DNA from: Planctomycetes bacterium HGW-Planctomycetes-1
GTDB lineage: Bacteria; Planctomycetota; Phycisphaerae; Sedimentisphaerales; UBA12454
Reading direction: 5' to 3'
Length of the DNA stretch: 58,675 bases
Assembly (NCBI GenBank): GCA_002839495.1
Contig: PGYD01000003.1
Span: 1-58,675 of the forward strand
Shown here: positions 37,376-45,989 of the stretch, in pieces
Position numbering within the stretch: position 1 is the first letter of the stretch
Layout of the letters: every line of letters begins with the position of its first letter
Made by a program: the position numbers and the translations under genes
Notes under the pieces: generated by a model
The model's database searches: none
What the model saw: only the letters and a program-made list of their open reading frames with translations
What the model was told of the DNA's origin: nothing

Positions 37376-37449
37376 TGGCGGCGGGTGGATTCGAACCGCC
37401 GACCCTGGGCTTATGAATCCCATGCTCTAACCAACTGAGCTACGCCGCC
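37376..37449 (-). tRNA. tRNA-Met(CAT), non-initiator (elongator Met; Ile2 not excluded)
   Basis: Minus strand GGCGGCGTAGCTCAG...TGGGA-TTCATAA-GCCCA...GGTTCGAATCC; G1:C72 is paired. Confidence 0.9.
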
Positions 37450-37604
37450 ATAACACCTTGTTTTGAAAGTGGTTATATATCAAAAACCGTTATTTGTGTC
37501 CAGATAATTATCGCCCGAACACAAAAAAATCATAAGCCTTTACAGGCCAAGCCAATAGCTAATTTACCTTCAAAAAAGCGATTTTGCAAGAAGAAGATTG
37601 CGCA

Positions 37605-40073
37605 CTAATTCGATTTAAAGATTGAAACTTTGATTTTTCCGGCTGGATTAATCGAAACGGCTACCGCACCGTCCCTGCTGGTAAAATAATTATGGTCGAA
37701 ATCGCGGATTCGAGGACTTGTCCTGCCAGATTGACTGTATGAAGAGCTTGTTATCAGAAATTCCGGCTTGAAATAATCCAAAAAGGCGGGGTCGATAGTC
37801 CTTGCCGAGCCGTGATGAGGAACAACCATTATATTAGTATCAAGGTCGGGATAGAGTTCCATAAGGCGGTTCTGAATATTTTTTGGAATGTCGGAACAAA
37901 ACAGTATTTTCCTGCTGGCATATTCGAGCAAAAACACAAGAGAAGATTCATTGTCCGACAAATCTTCAGATACATCTTTCGGCCAGAGCTGCGTAATGAC
38001 GACCTTATTTAACGAAAATTTTTCAGGCGAGATTTTAAGTGAAAGATTTTGCGATTTTAGAAACTCGATAAGTATCGAAGCGGCATTCGAATTATTACGG
38101 ATAAATTGCGGATTTGTATAAATATTTTTGCATTTATATCTGCTTAAGATTTCAGGCAGGCCGTTGTAATGGTCGATATCGTCGTGGCTTATGAAGGCCG
38201 AGTCGATTTTGCCGGCGGCGGTATAAGCGAGAAAAGGATTTACTATTCTGCCGCCGATATCGCTTTTCGAGATTGAGCCTGCATCGAAGATTAGATTTTT
38301 ATTGTCCGGCGTTTTGACGCAGATTGCCTGGCCATGCCCGACAGATAATACGGTTAGCCGCAGATTATTTAAGTTTTTAAAGTATCTGACGGATAAAGCG
38401 GAGATGAGCATCAGTATAATTGCCGCAGGATAAATATAATTTTTGCGAAGCGGGAAAAACTTCCACAAAAAAATCAGTAGGTAAAAGAGCAGGACAATAT
38501 AAATAGCAGGCTTGCCGATTATTATTTGCGAAAACGGAACTTTGGCAAACAGAATAACTAAAAGTGAAAGTATGTCGGCGCATAAATCGAGCAGAATTCC
38601 TAAAAAGGCGGCAACGCTCGGCAGCAAAGAAGCAAAAATAATTTTGAGCGGGCCGAGAATTACAATTGCTGTTACCGGAAAGGAAGCCGGAACTGTCCAA
38701 AGTGCTGTAAATAACTGAAATTGATAAAAATGCCAGGCGATTATAGGGGCGACGGCAAGCCAGGCGGCAAGACCTACGGCAAAAATATCAAGCGGCAGTC
38801 GAATAGGCGAATAAAAAGAAGTTTGTTTCAACGGCTCAATAGGCAATAAAAGAATTCTCCTGATAGGCTCATTAAACAGCAGTATGCCGAGCGTTGCCGC
38901 GAAGGACAGTTGGAAGCCGGGACTTAAAAAATCCATCGGCCTTATGAGCAAAAGCAGGATTGCCGAAATAGCCAGACCGTTTAACGCCATCGAACGGCGA
39001 TTGAATAATCGACCCAGACATAACACTGTGAACATTATGCCAGCGCGGAGTGTCGGCGAGGCGGGCGGGACGATGAGAAGAAAAATAATTATCGCTGAAA
39101 TAGCGGTAATCGAACGGCCCCGATGCAAAAGACCGCTTCTTTTGGCAAGCCACCACGCAAAGGCGGCAAAAATGCCGACATGCAGGCCGGAAAGGCAAAC
39201 AAGATGCACAAGTCCGGTCTTCATAAAAGCATTATAAAGGTTTTTGTCGATTTTAGAACGGCTGCCTAATACGAGGGCTTCAACAAGACGGCTATTATTA
39301 TCTTCATCGGCATCGCTGAGCGAAGCAACGGCAAGCTGACGCAGTTTTGCTCTTATGCTGAAAGGTTTTTGCATTGGTTCGGCATTTAATACCGTTATAG
39401 CGGCGGCGGATTTGACAGAAGCCGACAGGTAAACGCCGTTGCGGTGCATATAACGGGCGATATCGAATTGGCCGGGGTTGTCAGGAGGAGAAAATCCTTT
39501 TAATCTGCAAAAGGCCTGAAACTCATTGCCGAGTTTCAGATGGCCGGCGTCTTCGGAAATATAAAATTTTATTTTACCTGCTGCCGGCCTCCAGCCTTCG
39601 ACAGTTTTTACATCGGAAACCTTTGCGTAAAAATGGGTATAAGGATACGAACGGGAAAACTTCGAAAAGAGCCAATCGCCTTGTCTGACGACGAGCGGTT
39701 CGATAATGATTTTGGCCCGGATATGCGCGAAAGTAATATCCTGTATCGGGATTTTGCGGATATCGTTCGGAGTGGGTAGATTTCTGTTTATCAATCTGAA
39801 TGAGCCGAGGCAGATAAAGCATAACGAAACGGAAATAAAGATAAGATACTGATTTCGGATTAAAAACCTGTGAGACAAAAACAAGACCAGAGAGAAAATT
39901 AAAACGATGAACCAGATAACCGCCGGAAAGTTGAAATAAAACTGTGTAACAAGACCGACAGTTAATCCGACAGCGGGCAAAACGGCAGGGCAGGATAGCA
40001 AAATCTCCTTTAAAGGGGATTGAGATTCAAGAGTTCGTTTAAACTCCTCGATTTTTTGCTGTATTTCATCCAT
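37605..40073 (-). CDS. comEC: DNA uptake channel ComEC/Rec2
   Basis: NPGQFD, GLVHLVCLSGLH, GFQLSF, VGHGQ, SHDDIDH, PHHGS. Confidence 0.93.
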   Translation of the reverse strand: MDEIQQKIEEFKRTLESQSPLKEILLSCPAVLPAVGLTVGLVTQFYFNFPAVIWFIVLIFSLVLFLSHRFLIRNQYLIFISVSLCFICLGSFRLINRNLPTPNDIRKIPIQDITFAHIRAKIIIEPLVVRQGDWLFSKFSRSYPYTHFYAKVSDVKTVEGWRPAAGKIKFYISEDAGHLKLGNEFQAFCRLKGFSPPDNPGQFDIARYMHRNGVYLSASVKSAAAITVLNAEPMQKPFSIRAKLRQLAVASLSDADEDNNSRLVEALVLGSRSKIDKNLYNAFMKTGLVHLVCLSGLHVGIFAAFAWWLAKRSGLLHRGRSITAISAIIIFLLIVPPASPTLRAGIMFTVLCLGRLFNRRSMALNGLAISAILLLLIRPMDFLSPGFQLSFAATLGILLFNEPIRRILLLPIEPLKQTSFYSPIRLPLDIFAVGLAAWLAVAPIIAWHFYQFQLFTALWTVPASFPVTAIVILGPLKIIFASLLPSVAAFLGILLDLCADILSLLVILFAKVPFSQIIIGKPAIYIVLLFYLLIFLWKFFPLRKNYIYPAAIILMLISALSVRYFKNLNNLRLTVLSVGHGQAICVKTPDNKNLIFDAGSISKSDIGGRIVNPFLAYTAAGKIDSAFISHDDIDHYNGLPEILSRYKCKNIYTNPQFIRNNSNAASILIEFLKSQNLSLKISPEKFSLNKVVITQLWPKDVSEDLSDNESSLVFLLEYASRKILFCSDIPKNIQNRLMELYPDLDTNIMVVPHHGSARTIDPAFLDYFKPEFLITSSSYSQSGRTSPRIRDFDHNYFTSRDGAVAVSINPAGKIKVSIFKSN

Positions 40074-40112
40074 TAAGGAGATAAGCCCTCAGCAAATCAG
40101 GGGATTAAAAAT

Positions 40113-41384
40113 TTATTTGGCGATTTTTTCCATACCGTTCATATACGGCCTGAGAACTTCCGGTATATTTATTGAGCCGTCGGCGTTCTGGTTAAGTTCG
40201 AGAACCGGTATCAGGATTCTCGGCGAAGCGATAACGGTATTATTCAGTGTATGGCAGAAGAAATTTTTCTTCTGTTTATTGTCCTTATAGCGAAGGTTCA
40301 ATCGCCTCGACTGGAAGTCATAGAATTTACTTGCGCTGTGCGTTTCGCCGTAACTTTTGCGAGACGGCATCCAGGCTTCGATATCGTATTTTTTGGCCTG
40401 ACCTCTGCCGAGGTCGCCTGTGCAGACTTTTACCACACGGTAAGGAATGCCGATTGCCTGCATCACGCCTTCTGAGTTGGCCCTGATTTCTTCGTGATAT
40501 TTTGCGCTTTCTGCGGGGTCGTTTTCACAAATGACAACCTGCTCGACTTTGTCGAACTGATGGATTCGATAAAGGCCGTAAGTGTCCTTGCCCGCGGCGC
40601 CGGCTTCTCTTCTATAACAAGTACTGAGACCGACGAATTTTTTCGGAAGTTTTTCCTGCGGCAGAATTTCACCTGTGTAATAGGCGGTAAGCGGAACTTC
40701 AGCGGTGCCTGCGAGATTTAATTCATCCCGTTCCATCCTGTAGGTCTGCTCTTCTGCGCCGGGATAGTAGCCTGTGCCGGCCATCGCCTCGTTTTTCATC
40801 AGCATCGGCACTGAAAAAGGCACATAGCCTTTTTTAATCATAAAATCCATCGCAAATCGAAGGATTGCCCAATGCAGAACCGCGCCTGTACCTTTTAGAA
40901 AATAATTTCTCGTTCCCGCCAGCCTTACAGCCCTTTCAATATCTATTATGTCAAGAGCCGTACCGAGATGGATATGGTCTTTGGGCTCGAAATCGAATTT
41001 CCGGATTTCGCCCCATTTTGCAATCTCAATATTTTCCGTGTCATCCTTACCGAAAGGCACATCATCGTCGGCAGGCTGAGGCACGGCAAGCATAAGCTCG
41101 TCGAATTCCGGCTGGAGATTTTTAATCTGCTCGGCGAGGGCGGCTTCCTCATTTTTGTATTCAGCGAGCTTGTTGATAAGTTTCTGTTTTTCGTCGCCGG
41201 CGAGTTTCGGAATGGATTTGCCGACGGTGTTCTTTTCAGTTGTTATTTCCTGCAGACGGGTTTTTACCTTTCGCAAATCATTGTCAAGCCCAAGCAGGCG
41301 GTCGATATCGACATAAAAATTCTTCGCTTTGCAGGCTGTTTTAAACGGCTCAGGATTATCGCGAATAAGTTTTATATCAATCAT
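40113..41384 (-). CDS. serS: serine--tRNA ligase
   Basis: GTAEVP, CYRREAG, GLYRIHQFDKVEQ, YDIEAW, HTLNNT. Confidence 0.97.
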   Translation of the reverse strand: MIDIKLIRDNPEPFKTACKAKNFYVDIDRLLGLDNDLRKVKTRLQEITTEKNTVGKSIPKLAGDEKQKLINKLAEYKNEEAALAEQIKNLQPEFDELMLAVPQPADDDVPFGKDDTENIEIAKWGEIRKFDFEPKDHIHLGTALDIIDIERAVRLAGTRNYFLKGTGAVLHWAILRFAMDFMIKKGYVPFSVPMLMKNEAMAGTGYYPGAEEQTYRMERDELNLAGTAEVPLTAYYTGEILPQEKLPKKFVGLSTCYRREAGAAGKDTYGLYRIHQFDKVEQVVICENDPAESAKYHEEIRANSEGVMQAIGIPYRVVKVCTGDLGRGQAKKYDIEAWMPSRKSYGETHSASKFYDFQSRRLNLRYKDNKQKKNFFCHTLNNTVIASPRILIPVLELNQNADGSINIPEVLRPYMNGMEKIAK

Positions 41385-41391
41385 AGTTTAG

Positions 41392-41497
41392 ACAGAAATA
41401 AGGATGTAAGGACATAAAGATGTAAGGATACAACAGCCAACAAATCGGCTATGATAGTTTTCCTTACTTCCTTGCATCTTTGTTTCCTTACTTCTTT
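41392..41497. repeat. inverted pair of 5x imperfect octamer arrays
   Basis: acagaaat aaggatgt aaggacat aaagatgt aaggatat ... ttttcctt acttcctt gcatcttt gtttcctt acttcttt. Confidence 0.8.
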
Positions 41498-41519
41498 TTT
41501 TATTCGTATTCATTCGTGG

Positions 41520-42839
41520 TTAATTTTTATATCGCTTTATTATAACAACATTATTCTGACCGCCAAAGCCAAAAGATTCCTTCAATACGATATTAACCTC
41601 TGCTTTTCGCGGCTTGTTCGGCACATAATCCAAATCGAGATTTGGGTCCGGGTCGTTAAGATTTGCCGTCGGCGGCAGCACATTATCACGAATCGCGAGG
41701 ATACAGGTAATCATCTCTGCCACACCGGCTGCGCCGATTAAATGCCCCATCATACTTTTGACACTGCTGACGGGGGTATTCTTCGCTTCTTCCTTAAAAA
41801 CCTTTTTTATGGCCAGAGTCTCAATCGAATCGTTCTCGGAAGTGCTTGTGCCGTGTGTACTTACATAATCTATATCCTTATAGGATACTTTTGCGTCTTT
41901 CAGGGCCGCTTCCAACGCCGCGACGGCTCCGCGGGCATCTTCGTGCATATCGGTTACACGAAAAGCGTCGCTGCTGCTGCCGTAGCCGAGAACCTCGGCG
42001 AGAATTTCAACGCCTCGTTTCTTTGCCGATTCGAGCGTTTCGAGTATGACGATTGCCGCTCCTTCGCCGATGACAAATCCGTCTCTGCTTGCGGTGAACG
42101 GACGCGAAGCGGTTTCGATACTATCGTTTCTGGTCGATAGGGCGGTCAGGCGGTTAAAGCCCATAACGCCCAAAGGATGAATCATCGAATGCGCGCCGCC
42201 GGCGAGCATTACATCGGCTTGGCCGGACTGCAAAATCTTAAATGCTTCGCCGATTGCCTGGGTGCTTGCCGCACAAGCCGTAAGGCAGCTTCTAATCACC
42301 CCGCGAGCGCCGGTCAGCATCGAGACGTGAGCGGCAGGCATATTCGGTTCCTGCTCAAGCTCGCGATAAGGCTGCATTTTGCCGAAGGCAACGGCTGCCC
42401 ATTTGTTCCAGTCCATCGTTCCGGCAGCGTCGTCCCAGCCCTGGACAATAGCGTTAAAGAAATTCTCGTTATCGACAGAGCCTTCGCCGGCGCCCAGATA
42501 TATGCCGATTCTTCTGCGGTCAATGCCGTCTTTGGGATTTTCTGTTTCTACATCTATTTTTGCCTGTTTGCAGGCCTGGGATGCCGCTCCGACAACGAAT
42601 TTACTGTGGCGGTTGCCATCTTTGTGCAGGTCGGGGTTCTTTGTGAATTTTGTAATGTCGTAATTTTTGACCTCGCAGCAGAATTTTGTCGGATATGTCG
42701 AGGCGTCGAAAATCGTGGTCTTATTCATACCGCTGCGGCAGTTGAGAATATTGTCCCACATTGTCGGAATATCGTTGCCGAGCGGACAAACGATGCCCAT
42801 TCCTGTTATCACAACACGATTTTTTGTTTTCTCATTCAT
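41520..42839 (-). CDS. fabF: beta-ketoacyl-ACP synthase (FabF-like, catalytic Cys-His-His intact)
   Basis: TACAAS, STHGTST, KSMMGHLIGAAG, SFGFGG. Confidence 0.9.
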   Translation of the reverse strand: MNEKTKNRVVITGMGIVCPLGNDIPTMWDNILNCRSGMNKTTIFDASTYPTKFCCEVKNYDITKFTKNPDLHKDGNRHSKFVVGAASQACKQAKIDVETENPKDGIDRRRIGIYLGAGEGSVDNENFFNAIVQGWDDAAGTMDWNKWAAVAFGKMQPYRELEQEPNMPAAHVSMLTGARGVIRSCLTACAASTQAIGEAFKILQSGQADVMLAGGAHSMIHPLGVMGFNRLTALSTRNDSIETASRPFTASRDGFVIGEGAAIVILETLESAKKRGVEILAEVLGYGSSSDAFRVTDMHEDARGAVAALEAALKDAKVSYKDIDYVSTHGTSTSENDSIETLAIKKVFKEEAKNTPVSSVKSMMGHLIGAAGVAEMITCILAIRDNVLPPTANLNDPDPNLDLDYVPNKPRKAEVNIVLKESFGFGGQNNVVIIKRYKN

Positions 42840-44145
42840 ATTTTTTCAGAATAATCGCGGCAGTCTGGCCGCCGTAAGTATAACTTGTGCAAAGAACATA
42901 ATTGTTCTTTTTCTTAATCTGTTCTTTGGCGATATTTAATTTGCAATCTTTATTGATGTTTTCGCAATTTTTAGCCGCCGGAATAATTCCGTCTTTAATC
43001 GCACAGCAGGCGGCGATAATATCGACCGCACCAGCCGCTGCTCCAGTGTTACTCGTCATACTCTTTGTCGGAAATACAGGTATCGAATCGGTTGCATTAC
43101 CGAGAGCCTGCCTGATTCCCTTTGCCTCGGCTGTATCGTCGGCTAAAATGCCAGTTCCGTGCGGAATAATCAAATCGAGCTGCTGGGGTTTTATCCCCGC
43201 ATCTGCAAGGGCGGCTTCGATTGCGTATTGAACGCCTTTGCCGTCCGGCTCGAGAGATTCATATTTTGCGTTTATACTGCAGCTTTGACCCAAACCTGCG
43301 ATTTGAGCGTAGATTTTCGCGTTGCGTTTTTTCGCGTTTTCTGGATTTTCAAGGATTACATTCGCCGCCGCTTCGCCGAAAACCGAACCTTTCGCGTCTG
43401 CATCGAAAGGCCGACAGGCCTTTTCGGGTTTATCGTTATAGTCCGCAGTTGCGCGATTGAGAAGACACTGCCTCAAATGTACGATAGCGTTTACTTTTGC
43501 TTCACCGCCGCCTGCAAGGGCGAGGTTCGCATCGCCGCGAGCGATTATCTGGGCGGCTTCGGCGATTGCCAAAAGCCCCGCGGACTCGGCACAGGTAATC
43601 GTATTGCTCATCCCCTGTATGTCGTGAATGATGCCGATGTGGCAGGCGAGCATATTGGGCAAATATTTAAGCAGCCACAGAGGCGTAACCGCTTCAATGC
43701 TGTATGTGCCCCATTTTTTTATATCGAATTTTCCGTCCGTGATGCCTTTCGCGACCGCAGGAGCAAGCTCGACAAGGTCGCAGCTTATAAGCCCTGCGCC
43801 GAGAATAATTGCCGTTCTTTCCGGATTGATATTTATATTCTGCTCATCGAAAGCCTTGGTTATTAGTCCTGCATCCTTGAATGCCTCGTTAGCGGCGATA
43901 ACGGCAAGCTCGATATCTCGCGACATCAGCTTTGTAGTTTTGCGAATCGCTTTGGGAACGTGGTCGCGGATACTAAATTCCGGCGCCTGACCTGCAATCT
44001 GACAGGTAAAACCCGCCGGGTCAAAAGCGGTAATTCTGCCTATTCCGCATTTACCCTGGCAAAGACCAGACCATAAATCCTGATAGCTTAAGCCGAGCGG
44101 AGTAACCGCTCCCAATCCTGTTATTACCGGCTTATGAGAGGTCAT
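42832..44145 (-). CDS. non-catalytic ketosynthase paralogue (chain-length-factor-like)
   Basis: KS fold (VITGLG, CRPFD, HGTG) but Glu at the catalytic Cys position (TCAESAG) and Asn at the second His (KSMTSNTG). Confidence 0.8.
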   Translation of the reverse strand: MTSHKPVITGLGAVTPLGLSYQDLWSGLCQGKCGIGRITAFDPAGFTCQIAGQAPEFSIRDHVPKAIRKTTKLMSRDIELAVIAANEAFKDAGLITKAFDEQNININPERTAIILGAGLISCDLVELAPAVAKGITDGKFDIKKWGTYSIEAVTPLWLLKYLPNMLACHIGIIHDIQGMSNTITCAESAGLLAIAEAAQIIARGDANLALAGGGEAKVNAIVHLRQCLLNRATADYNDKPEKACRPFDADAKGSVFGEAAANVILENPENAKKRNAKIYAQIAGLGQSCSINAKYESLEPDGKGVQYAIEAALADAGIKPQQLDLIIPHGTGILADDTAEAKGIRQALGNATDSIPVFPTKSMTSNTGAAAGAVDIIAACCAIKDGIIPAAKNCENINKDCKLNIAKEQIKKKNNYVLCTSYTYGGQTAAIILKKYE

Positions 44146-44633
44146 TTATCGCTCCCAAAGGCAGGTGCAGCAATGCCTGACGCCCTTAAGACAACGCCGA
44201 ACAGGTCGGTAAATACGAAGTTTTCTTTTGGAAATTGTTTGCCCGCGAGATTTTGGTCGATGTGGCTGAACATCAAATCAATTTCAGCGATTGTTTCGTC
44301 GCCGCAGGTGATTTTGCCTGTTGTCGAGGCGGCCTCGTCGGCAATCGATTCGATTTTGGCGTGAATTTTTATCGTATCTCCCGGCCGGACGTAGTTGAAA
44401 AACACAGCCTTATTGATTTTCGCAAGGATTACCTTTTCTTTGAACTGCCGCGCTTCGCCGACAAGAATGCCCGCAGTTTGCGCCATCGACTCAATCATCA
44501 GACATTCCGGCATAATCGGAAAGCCGGGAAAATTATCGTGCAGATACTCCTCAGCCATAGTTACATTCTTTATGGCGACGGCATTTGAGCCGCTGTTGAA
44601 CTCAATGAATTTATCTATCCAAATCCAACGCAA
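44142..44633 (-). CDS. FabZ-like dehydratase subunit (Glu kept, His->Asn)
   Basis: IKNVT..E, DNFPGFPIMPECLMIESMAQ, VRPGD. Confidence 0.85.
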   Translation of the reverse strand: MRWIWIDKFIEFNSGSNAVAIKNVTMAEEYLHDNFPGFPIMPECLMIESMAQTAGILVGEARQFKEKVILAKINKAVFFNYVRPGDTIKIHAKIESIADEAASTTGKITCGDETIAEIDLMFSHIDQNLAGKQFPKENFVFTDLFGVVLRASGIAAPAFGSDK

Positions 44634-44689
44634 ATTTATTACCTACAGTGTTAATCCGTGTCTAATAAAGAACCGCATTAATCCGCGTC

Positions 44690-45088
44690 TTAAGCGGCCG
44701 CATTAAGTTTGCCGTCAACGAAATTAACAAGTGCATCGACGGTAAACAAATCACCGATTTTATTGACGCTCGGGTCTTCGATAAATGCTGAAAGGTCGCT
44801 GTGCGGCATACGCTTCTTCAGCTCGTCCAGGCCCTTTTGGGTGAGCTTGCCGTTGCTGACGTATTCGGCAGTGCTTAAAAGGCTTTCAGCAGGAAAGAGC
44901 TCTTCTCTTGGTATTTTTATTCCGAACGCTTTTTCCATACGAAAAACGATATCGAGAAAATCGATGCTTTCAGCGCCGAGGTCCGCCATCAAAGTGGCGT
45001 CCGGCTTAACTTCTTCTTCATCAACTCCGAGAGCATCGACAAGTACGTCCTGAATTTCCTTTAAAATCTCATCCCGCGTCATAGCCAT
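44690..45088 (-). CDS. extended acyl carrier protein (132 aa)
   Basis: DLGAESIDFLDIVFRMEKAFGIKIP phosphopantetheine motif, with a long insert before the final TVxxLVxFV helix. Confidence 0.88.
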   Translation of the reverse strand: MAMTRDEILKEIQDVLVDALGVDEEEVKPDATLMADLGAESIDFLDIVFRMEKAFGIKIPREELFPAESLLSTAEYVSNGKLTQKGLDELKKRMPHSDLSAFIEDPSVNKIGDLFTVDALVNFVDGKLNAAA

Positions 45089-45131
45089 AACTTAAATCTC
45101 CGATAATAAAACATTAATCCTTTAATTACAT

Positions 45132-45180
45132 TGTCATTTCGAGCGAAGTCCCGATTTATCGGGACGAAGTCGAGAAATCT
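45132..45180. repeat. REP-like palindrome with nested mini-palindrome
   Basis: TGTCATTTCGAGCGAA-GTCCCGAT-TT-ATCGGGAC-GAAGTCGAGAAATCT. Confidence 0.7.
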
Positions 45181-45241
45181 TTTGAGAACTCCGTGCCGAA
45201 GGCACTCCAAAAATTTTCAATTTTCAATCTTCAATATTAAA

Positions 45242-45724
45242 TTATGCAGCTCCGCTTCCGGCTGCTAATAATTTGTATCTTTCTTTTAATTTATTTATAA
45301 CATAGGCATCTTCGACAGCGAGTTTCGAATCTTTCTCGGCAAGGTTAAAATGTCTCAAACTGAACCTTGCCTCGACGATAGGTTCTCCGTTGCAGGTGCC
45401 TGTTCCCGAAAACGAACTTATATTTTCTTCTATATCCTTTGCCGTAACGGTGTACTGAATAGTCGCACCGGGAGCGGCAAAGCTTTTGTATTTTACATTT
45501 TTTGCCTGCCCAAGCAACACCATACTATGGGCAAAATTTTCGCTGTCCCTGACGAGCCAGCAGGCCGATTCGACCAACCCCTGCAGCAGAAAAACGCCCG
45601 GAAGTACCGGAAAAACGGGGAAATGGTCCCCCAGATATTCCTCAGAAAGGGATACATTCTTGATAGAGGTTATCTTTTTACCGGGCACTATTTTAACTAT
45701 TTTATCAATCAGTATGAACTTCAT
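45242..45724 (-). CDS. FabZ-like dehydratase subunit (His kept, Glu->Gln)
   Basis: FILIDKI, KNVSLSEEYLGDHFPVFPVLPGVFLLQGLVE. Confidence 0.85.
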   Translation of the reverse strand: MKFILIDKIVKIVPGKKITSIKNVSLSEEYLGDHFPVFPVLPGVFLLQGLVESACWLVRDSENFAHSMVLLGQAKNVKYKSFAAPGATIQYTVTAKDIEENISSFSGTGTCNGEPIVEARFSLRHFNLAEKDSKLAVEDAYVINKLKERYKLLAAGSGAA

Positions 45725-45883
45725 AAGTGTTGGTCATTTTAGTGATTTAATTCCCTTTTACCAGCTTTTTTTAAAATTATAAGGGGGGCATTCCTATCGC
45801 AATTAGAGAGCCTATTTAAACTTTCAAAGGCAATTCGATTTTCTACAGTTTGTTTTATCTACTGCTATTTGTTATCTTTTTTC

Positions 45884-45912
45884 TTGACTTTGAAAGAACT
45901 CATTGCGATAAT
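45884..45912 (+). promoter_or_regulatory. sigma70-like promoter of the secreted-protein islet
   Basis: TTGACT-N17-GATAAT. Confidence 0.55.
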
Positions 45913-45989
45913 CAGCAAGGACAAAAACACAGTGGAGAAAATCAAGAGATAATTTATTTGGAGAGAACTTGCGCTGTGAGAGGAATACA

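Noticed and set aside
37376-37449. tRNA-CAT as initiator tRNA
   Set aside because: Position 1:72 is paired (G:C) and the GGG/CCC run is not at positions 29-31/39-41.
41520-45724. Calling the cluster ladderane or aryl-polyene biosynthesis
   Set aside because: No radical SAM, desaturase, KR, adenylation or transport genes are in the cluster; the product cannot be assigned from sequence.
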